Assembly: GCF_030684315.1 (NCBI RefSeq)
Contig: NC_081362.1
Location: 96,703,187 to 96,767,186, forward strand
Direction of reading: 5' to 3'
DNA length: 64,000 bases
Origin: Stegostoma tigrinum
Taxonomy: Eukaryota
In this document: positions 13,702 through 26,433 of the stretch, piece by piece
Layout: each line of letters begins with the position of its first letter
Numbering within the stretch: position 1 is the first letter of the stretch
Position numbers and translations under genes: made by a program
Notes under the pieces: generated by a model
What the model was told of the DNA's origin: nothing
Databases searched by the model: none
What the model saw: only the letters and a program-made list of their open reading frames with translations

Positions 13702-13753
13702 CCAAAGCAACACAGAGGGACAGGGTCACAGCATAGAGAGTTCCGCTGATCAT
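13702..13753 (-). CDS. Signal-peptide (leader) exon of the VJ Ig-like gene
   Basis: gaaATG start, MISGTLYAVTLSLCVAL(G), 52 bp, phase-1 donor G|gtgagt. It joins V1 in frame to give MISGTLYAVTLSLCVALGANA-LVLLQSP, the typical split-leader layout of antigen-receptor V genes. The intervening 10.6 kb is mostly repeats. Confidence 0.75.
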
Positions 13754-13884
13754 TTCACCAGAGCAACCACCCTGTTTATCCACACAGTTTATTGTATGTC
13801 CAGTTAATAGATGGAAACACAAAGTGTGCCAGCCAACTGCAGCTTCTTCAATGGTCCATTTCTCAGGAGTTAAAGAAGTTTAAG

Positions 13885-14005
13885 TGTCTGTAAAGAGGAA
13901 GCAGTGAGAATAAACCAATGGCTGCTGTCTTCTGAGGAAGGATATAACTGGCTGGATTTTCTTAATGTGACTCAGAGAGGTTTATTTCAGGAGTGACGTT
14001 AATTA
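13885..14005 (-). promoter_or_regulatory. Putative leukocyte-type promoter of the VJ gene
   Basis: Within 130-250 bp upstream of the leader ATG: AAAGAGGAAGC (Ets/PU.1-like, about 13892), CCAAT (about 13915), a second GAGGAAG (about 13934), TGACTCA (AP-1, 13968-13974) and AGTGACGTTA (CRE-like, 13992-14001). Motif match only. Confidence 0.35.
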
Positions 14006-14559
14006 TTTATTCAGTGCAAGTTTCTCACAATCAGAGACTTAAACATTGAGAATTCACACATTTGTTACAATCCTGTAAATGGTGAAAACACTTATTCAAA
14101 CACACTGGGTCAACACCCATCATATTTACAACAACAACTGCCATTTCTTTAGCAGCAGGTACTGAGTAAAATGATGTCAAATCTTTGCACAAGTGAGGGA
14201 ATGATCAAATTTTATCACCAGTTGAGGAATGAGTCCTTACATCAAAATCCCCAAAACCTGATTAAAAGACAAAAATTGCTGAAGAAACTCAGCAGATTCC
14301 ACAGCATCTGTGGGGAGAGAAGCAAAGTTACCGTTTCCAATCTTGTGCAACTCTGCTTCAGAAACATGATCAAATGGTGAGATCCGAAGCAGAGTCTGAA
14401 AGAGCAGGCAATGATGGAGAAACGGGATAGGTTAAAATGGAGGATACCCGAAAATAGACCCAGCGACCACAGTCACAACAACATCAACGACGAAAGCAAA
14501 GTTGCTGGATAAGATCAGCAGGTCTGGCAGCATCTGAGATGGCAAAAATAGGGTGATAG

Positions 14560-17500
14560 AACATATAAAACTCATAGAACAGTACAGCACAGGACAGGCC
14601 CTTCAGCCCATGATGTTGTGCCAGACTTTTACCCTAATCCTAAGGTCTATCCAACCTCCACCACAACCTTATACTATCATCCATATGCCTTTCTCATAGC
14701 TGCTTAAATGCCCCAAATGAGGCCGACTCCATTACCCTCTCCAGCAATGCCATACACGCCCCTACCCCTCTCTGAGTAAAAAACCTGCCTCTGATGTCTC
14801 CCCGATATCTAACTCCGCTCACTTTAAAACTATGTCCCCTCGTAATAGCTACCTCCACCGGAGGACAAAGTCTCTGGCTGTCCACTCGATCTATACCTCT
14901 GATCATTTTGTACACCCCTATCAAGTCACCTCTCTTCCTTCATCGTTCTAAAGAGAAAAGCCGTGTCTCTCTCAACCTTTCCTTGTAAGACCTTCCCTCC
15001 AATCCAGGCAATTTCCTGGTAATGTCCTCTGCACCTTTCCAACACCTCCACATCTTTCCTGTAATGAAGCAACCAGAACTGGACACAATACTCCAGATGT
15101 GTCCGAACCAGGCTTTTGGATAGCTGGAGGATAATTTCACACTTCTTGAACTTGATCCCGCTATTAATGAAAGCCAATGCGCCATACAATTTCTTAACAA
15201 CTCTATTCATATGGGTGGCAGCTTTCAGGGGACTGTGGACATGAACCCCACAATCCCTCTGCTCCTCCACACTGCCAAGAATCTTTCCCTTCACCCTGTA
15301 TTCTGCTTTCAAGTTTGTCCTTCCAAAATGAATCACCTCACTCTTTTCAGGCTTAAACTTCATCTGCCACTTCTCAGCCCAGCTCTGCATTCTATCAATG
15401 TACCTCTGTAGCCTAGAAAAGCCCTCCGCACTATCCACAAAGTGACCCACCTTCATATCATCTGCAAACTTGCTAATCCACCCTTTCACTCTTTCATCCA
15501 AATCATTTACAAAAATCACAAACAGAAGAGGACCCAGGACAGATCCTTGTGGTACACCACTCGTAACTGAGCACCATGTGGAATATTTTCCGTCCAGTGC
15601 CATCCTTTGTCTTCTAAGGGTCAGCCAGTTCTGAATCCAATCTGCCGCATTTCCGCCTATCCCATGCCTCCTTACATTCTGCATGAGCCTCCCATCGGGA
15701 ACCTTGTCAACGTCTTACTTAAATCCGTGTAAATCACATCCACTGCTCGACCTTCAATCATGTGTTTGGCCACCTCTTCAAAGAATTTATTAAGGTTTGT
15801 GAGGCATGATCTACCCCTCACAAATCCATGCTGACTATCACAAATCAAACTGTGCCTATTGAAATGATCGTAAATCCACTCTCTCAAACACCTTTCCAAT
15901 AAACAGTACTCCACTGATGTAAGACTAACTGGCCTGTAATTTCCGGGATTATCCTTATTCCCCTTTTTGAACAAGAGAATGACGTTTGCCTCTCTCCAAT
16001 CTTCCGGCACTACACCCATGGACAGTGAGGACAAAAAGATCATCGCCCAAGGCCGTGCGATCTCTTCCCTCACTACCCAGGGAATCCTTGGGTAAATCCC
16101 ATCAGGCCTGGGGGACTTATCTATCTTCAACGTCCTCAAAATTCCCAGCACATCTTCCTGACTAACATCAACCTCCTCTAGCCTGCCAGTCTGGTTCACA
16201 CTGTCCTCCTTTACAACTAGGTACCTCTCAGTTGTGAATACAAAGAAAAATATTGATTAAAAACATCTCCTGGCTCTTTCGGCTCCGTGCACAAATTCCC
16301 TTTACAATCCATGATCAGCCCTAGCCTTTCTCTGGTCATTCCCTTATTCCTCATGTACATATAAAAAGCCTTGGAGTTTTCCTTGATCCTATCTGCCAAG
16401 GTTTCTCATGCCCTATTATTGCTCTCCTATGCTCTTTCTTTCGCTCCTTCCTGGATAACTTGTAACCCTCGAGAGCATTTTACATTCCTTGTTTCCTACA
16501 CCTTCCTAAACCTTATACAAGCCTCCTTCTTCCTCTTAACCAGTCATTCGACCTCTCAAGAGAACCAAGGCTCCCTCACTCGATCGCGTCTTCCCTGCCT
16601 GCGAGGGACAAACACATCGAGCACACACAGTATGCATTCCTTAAACAATCTCCATATTGCAAAAATGCTCTTCCCTGACAGCATCTGTTCCCATTTTATG
16701 TTACCCAGCACTTGCCATACAGAATTATAGTTACCCTTCTCCCAATTATAAACCTTACCCTGCTGTATGTACCTATCCTTTTCCATGACTATTGTAAAAG
16801 TAACAGAGTTATGGTCGCTACCGCCAAAATGCTCTCCTACCAACAGATCTAACACTTGGCCCGGTTCATTGCCAAGCACCAAATCCAACGTGGCCTCTCC
16901 TCGTGTTGGTCTATCTACATACTGTGTCAGGAATCCTTCCTGAACGCACTGGACAAAATCCGTTCCATCTAAACTATTACAATTAAAATGTTTCCAATCA
17001 GTATTTGGAAAGTTGAAGTCACCCATGACTACAACCCTGTGACTTCTGCGCCTTTTCAGTACTTGCCTCCCAATCAGCTCCTCCACTTCTCCGCAACTCT
17101 GAGGGGGTCTGTAAAAAAACCCCAACAAATTGACTGCTCCTTTCTTGTTCTGTGCCTCAACCCAAACACACTCTGCAGACATACCATTCTCAAACTGCCT
17201 TTCAGTAGCTGCTATACTAGCCCTGACTCGCAATGCCACTCTTCTTCCACCCTCCCTATTTCATTTAAAGCATCTAAATCCTGGAGCTTCCAACAACCAA
17301 TCCTCTCCCTGAGCTACCCAAGTTTCTGTAATGGCCACAACATCATAGTTCCAAGTACTGACCCATGCTCTAAGTTCATCCACCTTATTTCTGATACTTC
17401 TAGCATTGAAGTATACACACCTCATAGCATCTGTGTCTACAATTACGCTCGATCGACCACATTTCTTTATAAACAACCTCACTCCCTGTTGTTTCAGAGA

Positions 17501-18230
17501 TAAATCCAATAAAGCCGCGTAGAATTTGTCCTGGATGTCTGAATCCAGCCTAACTCCCTGTACTCATTTTTCACATTCTCTGTCCTTTTTCTACCTGTGC
17601 CATGCGAACCAATGTGTACCATGACTGCTGGTTGCTCACCCTCCCCCTTAAGGATCTTGAAGACACGATCCAAGACATCACAGGCCCTGGCACCCGGGAG
17701 GCAATATACCATCCGTTCATCTTGTTCGCATCCGCAGAACCACCTATCTATGCCTCTTACTATTGAATCCCCCACTACAATTGCTTTCCTATTCTCCCCG
17801 CTTCCCTTCTGTGCCACAGGGCCAGGCTCAGTGCCAGAGACCTGTCAGCTATGGCATTCCCTTGGCAGGTTGTCCCACCCAACAGTATCCAAAACAGTAT
17901 ATTTATTATTGAGGGGAACGGCCACAGGAGATCCCTGCACCGTCTGCCTACCCCCTTTCCCCTTCCTGACAGTCAGCCAGTGACCTTTTTCCTGTACCTT
18001 GGGTGTGACCACCTCCTTGTAACTTCTCTCTATCACCCCCTCAGCCTCCTGAACGATCCAGAGTTGATCCAGCTCCAGTTCCAGATCCCTAATGCAGTTT
18101 TTGAGGAGCTGGAGTTGGGTGCACTTCTTGCAGGTGAAATCAGAGGGGACACCAGCAGTGACCCTTACCTCCCACATCCTGCAAGAGGAGCTTGCAACTG
18201 CCCAAACATCCATTCCCTCTACTCTAGATT
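14560..18230 (-). mobile_element. Near-full-length CR1-clade LINE (ORF1 zinc-finger/leucine-zipper plus SGNH esterase; ORF2 APE plus RT), frameshifted
   Basis: Successive ORFs: CRMWE...FTCKKC..LQLL (ORF1), AIVVGDSIVRGID (esterase), CVYFNARSIRNK/AITETW/VMGDFNFP/SDH (endonuclease), NYRPVSLTSV/QHGF/GVPQGSVLGP/KFADD (RT). The 3' tail is ttctatg-type. Confidence 0.93.
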
Positions 18231-18627
18231 TCCAGAAGAATTTTAAAAAGTGTTCACATTTCGGGCCTGGTGACACTTCCTTAGAACTTCCTCAGAATTC
18301 AGCGACCACTGTGTGTGATTTGCTGATGGCCATTCATTGTGAAATCAGCTGGAGGTCACCAGGAAACACACAGCATTAGTTAAATACAGACCCAGCCCTA
18401 ATACCATTGAAATTATTTCTCAGACGCCTGTGGGTTTGTGTCATACCAGAGGCTGGGACTTGATCTTGCACCTTGTGGACTACAGTTAGGGACACTGCCA
18501 GTGAGCAACAGCACCCTGACCCTGACATTGTTTATATGTCTCAAGGGCAGCAGCTTCTATAAAACAGTGGCTCGAACCATTGTTCATTTCAGTTGCTGTT
18601 TGTTACAAGGCAGTAGTTTATAACACA

Positions 18628-18790
18628 TCAGTACACAGCGAGTTTGGGTGATGTTTGAGGTGCAAACTTTATCACCTCAAATGTGCACGAGCTGCCAGCA
18701 GCTCCTGGTCGTACTTTTGAAAGAATTAGCTCAAGAACAGAGACACATTGATTAATGTTCACATAATTAAATATTTCCTCAGCAATTGAT
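18628..18790 (-). pseudogene. Possible degenerate cytoplasmic-tail (terminal) exon of the V3-V2 pseudogene
   Basis: Acceptor tttatttcactgatag| followed by an open frame SIAEEIFNYVNINQCVSVLELILSKVRPGAAGSSCTFEVIKFAPQTSPKLAVY* with tyrosine-motif-like spacing. It lies in unique sequence between repeats. No homology confirmed. Confidence 0.2.
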
Positions 18791-19434
18791 CTATCAGTGA
18801 AATAAAGCATAATTTAAAATAAAAATGAACAGACTGTGTCAAAAATAATTGACTATGTTATAAAAACCACTCAAACTACAGGCAGCAACTACTGTTCTCT
18901 GTTGGCACTGGTGTTATTTGCCAGTCTCTATCTGCAACATGTGAACTGATATTATGTCGAAATGAAGCAGCTGACGTGTGGATTGGCTCAAACTTGCTTA
19001 ATCAACACTAACTTGCAGTTTGATTGTCCCTTTAACACAGTAAAACGCTTCAGGATTTCTCACATGGAGTCACATAAGGAGACATTAGTCTGGTGACATT
19101 CTACAGTGGCAACTGAGATGATATCTTCTTCGTTCTTCCGAAGTGTGTCACATCACATTTATCGACGTTAAGTTCTAGATACCACTGATCTGCCCATCTG
19201 ATCAATCTGTTTCTATCCTCCTGTAACCTAAGACCTTCCTCCTCACTGTTAACTACCCGGCCAATCTTTGTGTCAGTTGCAATTTAATTACCATCCCTCA
19301 ACTCAGACCTGCATCATGATATGGGAAACCAAATTTGTAATTCAGAGGATGAAATGTTCAGCCTTGCAACAGACTCAACATGGAGTCAGGTGGTTAATAA
19401 AGCAATCTGGTGGATGGAGCATCGCTGTGGACAC

Positions 19435-20660
19435 AGGGACGGTATGAGGTGTGTATACTTCAATGCTAGAAGTATCAGAAATAAGGCTGATGAACTTAGA
19501 GCATGGGTTAATACTTCGAACTACGATGTTATGGCCATTACTGAAACTTGGGTAACTCAGGGAGAGGAATGCTTGTTGGAATTTCCAGGATTAAGATGCT
19601 TTAAGAGGAAAAGGGAGAGTGGAAAAAGAGGTGGGGGAGTGGCATTGCTAGTCAGGGTTAGTAAAGCAGCTACTGAAAGGCAGTTTGAGAATGATATGTC
19701 TACACAGTCAGTCTGGGTTGAGGCCCAGAACAAGAAAGGAGCAGTCAATTTGTTGGGGTTTTTTACAGACCTCCTCAGAGTGGCAGAGAATTGGAGGAGC
19801 GGATTGCGAGGCAAGTACTGAAAATGCGCAGAAGTCACAGGGTTGTAGTCACGGGTGACTTCAACTTTCCAAATATTGATTGTAAACATTTTATGCAGTT
19901 TAGTTGGTTTAGATGGAGCGGATTTTGTCCAGTGCACTCAGGAAGGATTCCTGACACAGTGTGTAGATAGACCAACACGAGGAGAGGCCACGTTGGATTT
20001 GGTGCTTGGCAATGAACCCGGCCACGTGATAGACCAGTTGGGAGGAGAGCATTTTGGCAGCAGCGATCATCTGTTACTTTTACAATAGCCATGGAAAAGG
20101 ATAGGTGCATATAGCTGGGTAAGTTTAGAATTGGGGAAATGGTAATTATAATTCTGTCAAGCAAGAACTGGGTTATATAAAATGGGAACAGATGCTGTCA
20201 GGGAAGAGCACTATTGAAATTTGGAGATTGTTTAAGGAATGCATACTGCATGAGTTCAATATGTTTGTCCCTCGCAGGCAGGGAAGATGTGGTCGAAAGA
20301 GGTCGAACGATTAGCTAAGAGGAAGAAGGATTCTTACATAAGGTTTGGGAAACAAGGATCAAAAGAGGCTCTGGAGGGCTACACGTTAGCCAGGAAGGAG
20401 TTGAAGAAAGGGTTTAGGAGAGCTATAAGAGAGCATGAGAAAACCTTGGTGGACAGGATGAAGGTAAACCCCAAGGGTGTTAAACGTACGTGAGGAATAA
20501 GAGAATAACCAGAGAAAGTTAGGGCCGATCAAGGAATGTAAAGGGAATTGGCGTACGGAGCCTAAAAAGATAGGAGAAGTCCTTAATGAATATTTTTCTT
20601 CAGTATTCACAACTGAAAGGGACCTAGTTGTTGCGGACGACAGTATGGAACAGGACTCTT
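19435..20660 (+). mobile_element. CR1 endonuclease-region fragment, same subfamily as and inverted relative to 14560-18230
   Basis: MRCVYFNARSIRNKADELRAW..., PTRGEATLDLVLGNEPG; near-identical to the reverse complement of about 16205-17435. Confidence 0.9.
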
Positions 20661-20699
20661 TTATGAGCAGAACATAAATGCTCTGTGAAACGGTCACCC

Positions 20700-21510
20700 A
20701 GTCTACGCTTCATTTCCCCAATGTAGAGGAGACCATATTGTGAGCAGCGGATTCTGGGATGTGCAGGTGGAGTGTTGCTTCACTTGGAAGGTATGTTTGG
20801 TCCCTGGGATACTGGGGAGGGAGGAGGTAAATGGGCAGGTGTTGCACCTTCGCTGGTTACAGGGGAAGGTGCCGTGGGGCTGCGGTGGGGTGTTGGGGGT
20901 GAAGGAAGTATGGACCAGGGAGGGAAGTGGAATATGTATCTGGTGATGACATCTCACTGGAGATGGCAGAAATGGTGCCTGATGGTGCTCTGGATGTGGA
21001 TGCTGGTGGGATGGTCGGTAAGGACAAGGCGAACCCTATTGCTGTTGTGGGAGGGAAAAGTGGGGGTGAGGGCTGAAGTGCGGGAGATGGGTCAGATCCG
21101 GTTGAGGGCCCTGTTGACCACGGAGCTGGAGAATCCCCAGTTGAGGAAGAAGGTGGGCATTTCGGAGGCTTCCTTGTCGAAGTTGGCCTCATCTGAACAT
21201 ATGCGACAGAGATGGAGGAGCTGAGAGAATGGGATGGAGTCATTATAGGAAGCAGGGTGCGACGATGTATCGTCCAGGTAGCTGTGGGAGTCAGTGGATT
21301 TATCGTGGACATCGGTGGCCAGTTTATCCCCAGAAATGGAAACAGAGATGTCAAGGGAGGGAAGGGAGGAATCAGAGATAGACCAGGTGCAATTGAGGGC
21401 AGGATGGACATTGGAGGCTAAATCAATGAGCTTTTCTAATTCCAGACGAGAGAGTGAAGCAGCACCAATGATCTCACCAATATATCAGTGAAAGAGTTGT
21501 GGGTGTGACT
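20700..21510 (-). mobile_element. Penelope-like element RT C-terminal/GIY-YIG fragment
   Basis: Frameshifted homology to the 59941-60852 element (PCNQRRCNTC zinc knuckle; LYIGE region). Confidence 0.82.
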
Positions 21511-24500
21511 GTCAACTTCACTCTCTCGGTGCTGATGGACCTTAGACTTTACACAATGAACTTTTGAGACCAGCTTAAAGACAAAAGGATAATCTAATAA
21601 CATCTAGTGGTCTGGTGACATTCTACAACGGCAACAGAAATGATGTCTTGTTAGTTCTTCTGAAGTGTATCACATCACATTTATCAGGGCTATGTTCTAG
21701 CTGCCACTGATCTGCCCATCTGACCAATCTGTTTCTATCCTCCTGTACCCTAAGACCTTCCTCCTCACTTTTCACCACTTGGCCAATCTTTGGATCATCT
21801 GCAATTTAATTACCAACAATCACACTCGGACCTACATCATTTGTATACAGCATGGAGAGTAAGGGACCCAACACTGATCCTTGTGGTACACCACTGGACT
21901 CTAATCACACCAACAGCATTCGGCCATCACCCTCTATTTTTGTGATGGCTCCAGTTTTGGATCCAACTTGCCAAGTGATTCTCAATCCCATCAGCTTTTA
22001 CTTTCGTGACCTGCCTCCCATAGTGGGCCTTGTCAAAGGTTTTGCTGAAATCCCAATAGCCCACATTCCCCAGAGAGTTGCGAAGACTCAGTCATTTGGA
22101 ATGTTCTAGATTGAAATTGGTAGCTATCTGGAGATGATTTACATCAACGGATTTGGAAATAGTGTGCTAAAGTACCAGTGAGTTCATCGATCATTCATCA
22201 TTTGATCGAGTGGTGAAGTAGGATTGATGGGCTGAATGGCCTAGTCCCATTTCTATGTCCCTCTGACTGTGTCTCTGGGACTAAAGGAATGAATGAGAGT
22301 TATAAGAAGACGAGTAACCAGGGTTGGCGTGAGGAATGGTTTAGATCAGAACAGGGGCATCAGAGGTGTAGGTGGGGTGTCATTAAGCAGAACAGGAACT
22401 GCAGATGGTTGTGGGAATCAATGGCCCTAAGATATGAATGCAGAGAGTTTGAAATTTCCCATTAAAAACCACAAGACCATAAAGCGGAATGGTACAAAAG
22501 CAGAATTAAGCGATTCAGCCCAATTGTTCTGCTGCACAATTTGGTCATCACTGAAATGTCTCTCAACCCCATTCTCCTGTCTTCTGCTCAGAACCTTTAA
22601 TCACCTTGCAAACCAAGCACCTATCTGTCTTTCTCTTAAATACACTCAATAAATTGTTCCCCACAACTTTCTGTGGCAATTGCTCCCATAATTTCACCAC
22701 CTTCTAGCTGAAGAAATTCCTCCTCATCTCAGTTCTAAAAGATCGTCCCTTCACTCTGAGGCTGACCCATCGGCTCCTAGACTCTACTAGTCATGGAAAC
22801 CTTTTCTACTTGAACCAGGCCACTCAATATTTTGAAAGTTTAAACCAGATCACCAGTTCGCCCCCGCATTCCATCTTCCAAATTCCATTGAGTACAGACC
22901 CAGAGTACTCAAATAGTCACATCTGAATGAGTTACACCGTAAACCGATTTAACCTTAAGTCTAAATGCTGCAGACATACAGATCAGCCATGGTCCATCTG
23001 AATGTGGAAACGGATCATGGAACTGAATTCTAAGAAATACAACATGTTTCTATAAAATTATTCCCTTTTTATTATGTTAAAGTCTCGATTCTCTATTTTT
23101 AAAGAAAACTGCAGGTTGAATGAGTGATACTGAGAGAATTCTGAGCAAACTATGAACTGGAAACATGTCACTTTAATTCCCAATGTTCCCACTATGGGAT
23201 GCAGGTCATGAAAGTAAAAGCTGATGGGATCGAGAATCACTTGGCAAGTTGGATCCAAAACTGGAGCCATCACAGAAATAGAGGGCGATGTTCGAATGCT
23301 GTTGGTGTGATTAGAGTCCAGTGGTGTACCACAAGGATCAGTGTTGGGTCCCTTACTCTCCATGCTGTATACAAATATAAACCCACATGGTTCACTAATG
23401 TCATTCAGGAAAGGAAATCTGCCATCCTTATCCAGTCTGGCCAACATGTGTATCCAGACACACAGCAATGTGGATAATTCTTATTCACACCTGAAATGAC
23501 CAAACAGGTTACTCAGTTTGACGGCAATTAGAGATGAGGAACAAATGCTGACCTCACCAGGGATGGCCACATCCCATCAGAAAATGAAGAAAAATTATTC
23601 CCTGGAATTCCACAATGACCCATCCATTAACTGGAACATTTTACACTCTTGACACCCACAGCCTATCTACCACCTTTCTACAAGGCATAGACCTGGAATA
23701 TGATGGAATTCTTCTCTATTGCTTTGCTCAGTGCAGTTCCAAAAACACTCAAGAAGTGCCACAGCATCCAGGACAAAGCTTTGGCACCACAACTAACGCA
23801 TTCAACATACCCTCCCTTTAACACCAATGCACAGTGTGTACCATCCACAAGATGCCCTTCAGTGACTCACCAAGACTCATCCAACAGCGGCTTCTGAACC
23901 CACAGATTCCCCCATCTGAAAGGACAAGGACAGCGGGTACTTCTTCAGGTTCCCCTCCAAGGCACTCACCATCCACACATGGAAATATACCATCACCGTT
24001 CCTTCAGTGTCACTGGGTCAAATGTCCCAGCACCAAGGGCACCATAGCAGGTCAGGAAGGCAGCTCACCATCACCTTCTCAATGCATTGCAAAGAGGAGC
24101 TGGAGCAGGCCAATTAGCCATTGTGGCTGCTCCACCATTCAACATATTCATCGAATCACACTGTGGCAACAGGCCATTCAGCCCAACAAGTCCACACTGT
24201 TTCTCTGAAGAGCACTCCAAGTAAACTCACCCACTCCTGCCTACCCTCTCCCTGTTATTCCTAGGGCTAATCCACCAAGTCTACAAATTCATGGACACTG
24301 TGGGCAATTTAGTGCAGCCAATCGACCTAGCCTGCACATCTTTGGACTGTTGATGATAAACCCATGCAGATACAAAGAGAATGTGCAAACTCTGCACAGA
24401 CAATCACCCAAGGGTGAAACTAAACCTAGGCCCCCTGGCGCTTTGAGGCAGCAATGCCAGCCACTGAGTCACGTCTATCCAACTCGGTCCCCAGACCCCC

Positions 24501-24987
24501 CATTCCTCACCAAACCCTTTGATTCCTTCTCATTCTCAGAACTAAATGTAATTCCTTCTTGAGAACAGACAATGTTTCGGCCTCAACTGTTTCCCGTGGC
24601 ACAGCATTCCATGGACTCCCCACTCTCTGGGTGAAGACATTTATTTTCAAGAGCCATTTGAGATGAACAACAGTTGCTGGCCCGGCCAGTGATGGCCATG
24701 TCCCAAAAATGAATGAAACAAAACCAGATAGTGACTGGAGAATGTTAAATACAACACTGAGAACAAAAAAGATGAAGAAGGGGAGTGAGAAAGAGTTTGA
24801 GATTGAGGACCTAGTCTAAGAGGAGAAACAATTTATTCTATCCATGAGTAGAACAAGGGAAGCTAATTGTTTTATATCAATCTCTCTGCTTTCTCATTAT
24901 CAGAGGAATTCAACACTTTCTCCTCTCTGATAAATCCATGTGGAAGGGGTTGCTGCATCAGATTATTGTAAGGTAAACAGGACATAC

Positions 24988-25332
24988 CCATTACCATCAG
25001 CTGGATTCCATTTCCATTGATATCTCCACACACTTTATTGTAATAGACCCCACTGTCACTGGGCTGCACATTTCTAATGGTCAAAATTTAGCTGTTATTG
25101 GAGGAACCTCTGGAAGACTGGAATTGCTCAGTTATACCTGGGCTCCATTGTGTGATGCTCGTCACATAATGTGTTAAAACCTACTCCGTCATATTCGCTG
25201 GTTGCTCCCAGTGCCAGTGAACATCAGCGTGTGTCACTGTGTAATTCATCATGATGCACTGTAACCGGGCAATGTGACCCTCGGTGATACGTTCCAGGCT
25301 TGGAATCTGGAGAAGGACTGGGGCATTTGCAA
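24988..25332 (-). pseudogene. Pseudogenised germline VJ exon (V2), paralogous to V1
   Basis: Acceptor tctcttaaag|, donor G|gtatgt, 345 bp. Translation ANAPVLLQIPSLERITEGHIARLQCIMMNYTVTHADVHWHWEQPANMTE*VLTHYVTSITQWSPGITEQFQSSRGSSNNS*ILTIRNVQPSDSGVYYNKVCGDINGNGIQLMVM. Two in-frame stops and the F-strand Cys replaced by Asn. Confidence 0.88.
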
Positions 25333-26433
25333 CTTTAAGAGAAATATATTGAATGAATCAATTCTGAGGAAGGTGAATGGACACACAACATTAACCCTGA
25401 TTTCTCTCCACAGATGCTGCCAGACCTGCTGAACTTTTCCAGAAATTTCTGTTTTTGTTTCTGATTCCCAGCATCTGCAGTGTTTTTGGTTTTTTTATTA
25501 ACGAAGCTACAACAGTCTGAAGTTTTTGAAGGGCTCCAATTTTAGAGTTAAAAAGAGAGGACAGATTGTGAGAGTGAACCAATTGGGTGAAATTATTCAA
25601 ATAAACAAGACATTTTAGACCATAAGGCCATGGGATACAGGAGGTGAATTTAGCCATTCTGCCCATTGGGCCTGCTGTACCATTTGATCATGGCTGATAC
25701 GTTTCTCAATCCCATTCTCCTGCCTTTGACCTGCAATCCTTGCTCATCGGGAATTCATCCATCTCGTCAATACACTCACTGACTTGGACTCCACAGCTCT
25801 CTGCAGCAATGTCCTCCACAGATTCACCTCCCTGAAACTTATCAAATTACTCCTCATCTCAGTCTCAAATGGTCATGCCTTCACTCCGAGGCTGAGACCT
25901 GAGGTCCGAGTCTCTCCTATTAGTGGAAACATCCTCTCCATGACCACTCAATCAAGGCCACTCGGTACTCGGTCTGTTTCAATCTGATTCCCCGTCATCC
26001 TTCTAAACTCCATCAAGTACAGAGCCGGAGGCATCAATCACTCCTCAAGTGACAGCCCTTCATCCCCGGGATCCTTAATGTTAGTCTACTTTGAACCACC
26101 GACCCCCACCACAACACCAGCACGTCCAGCCTTTGAGACAATTTGTAGAAATAAAGAGCTGGACAGTCAGTGAAAAAACTGTTTTAATCAATTCAGAACA
26201 CATGAGGTTCTCAGAATTCAGTCTCAAAAGGAAAACCATTTCCTTCAGCTTGAATGGTAACCAAAGGGTGTCCGCAGCGGTTCAAAAAGGCAGCTCAGCA
26301 CCACCTCCTCAAGGGCAGTTAAGGATGGGCAATAAATGCAGGCCCAGCCAGTGACACCTACAAACAGATCTTCAATTCATTCATCGGGTAAGGGCTATTC
26401 GCTCGAAGTGATTGTCATGTAAACTCTACTCAC

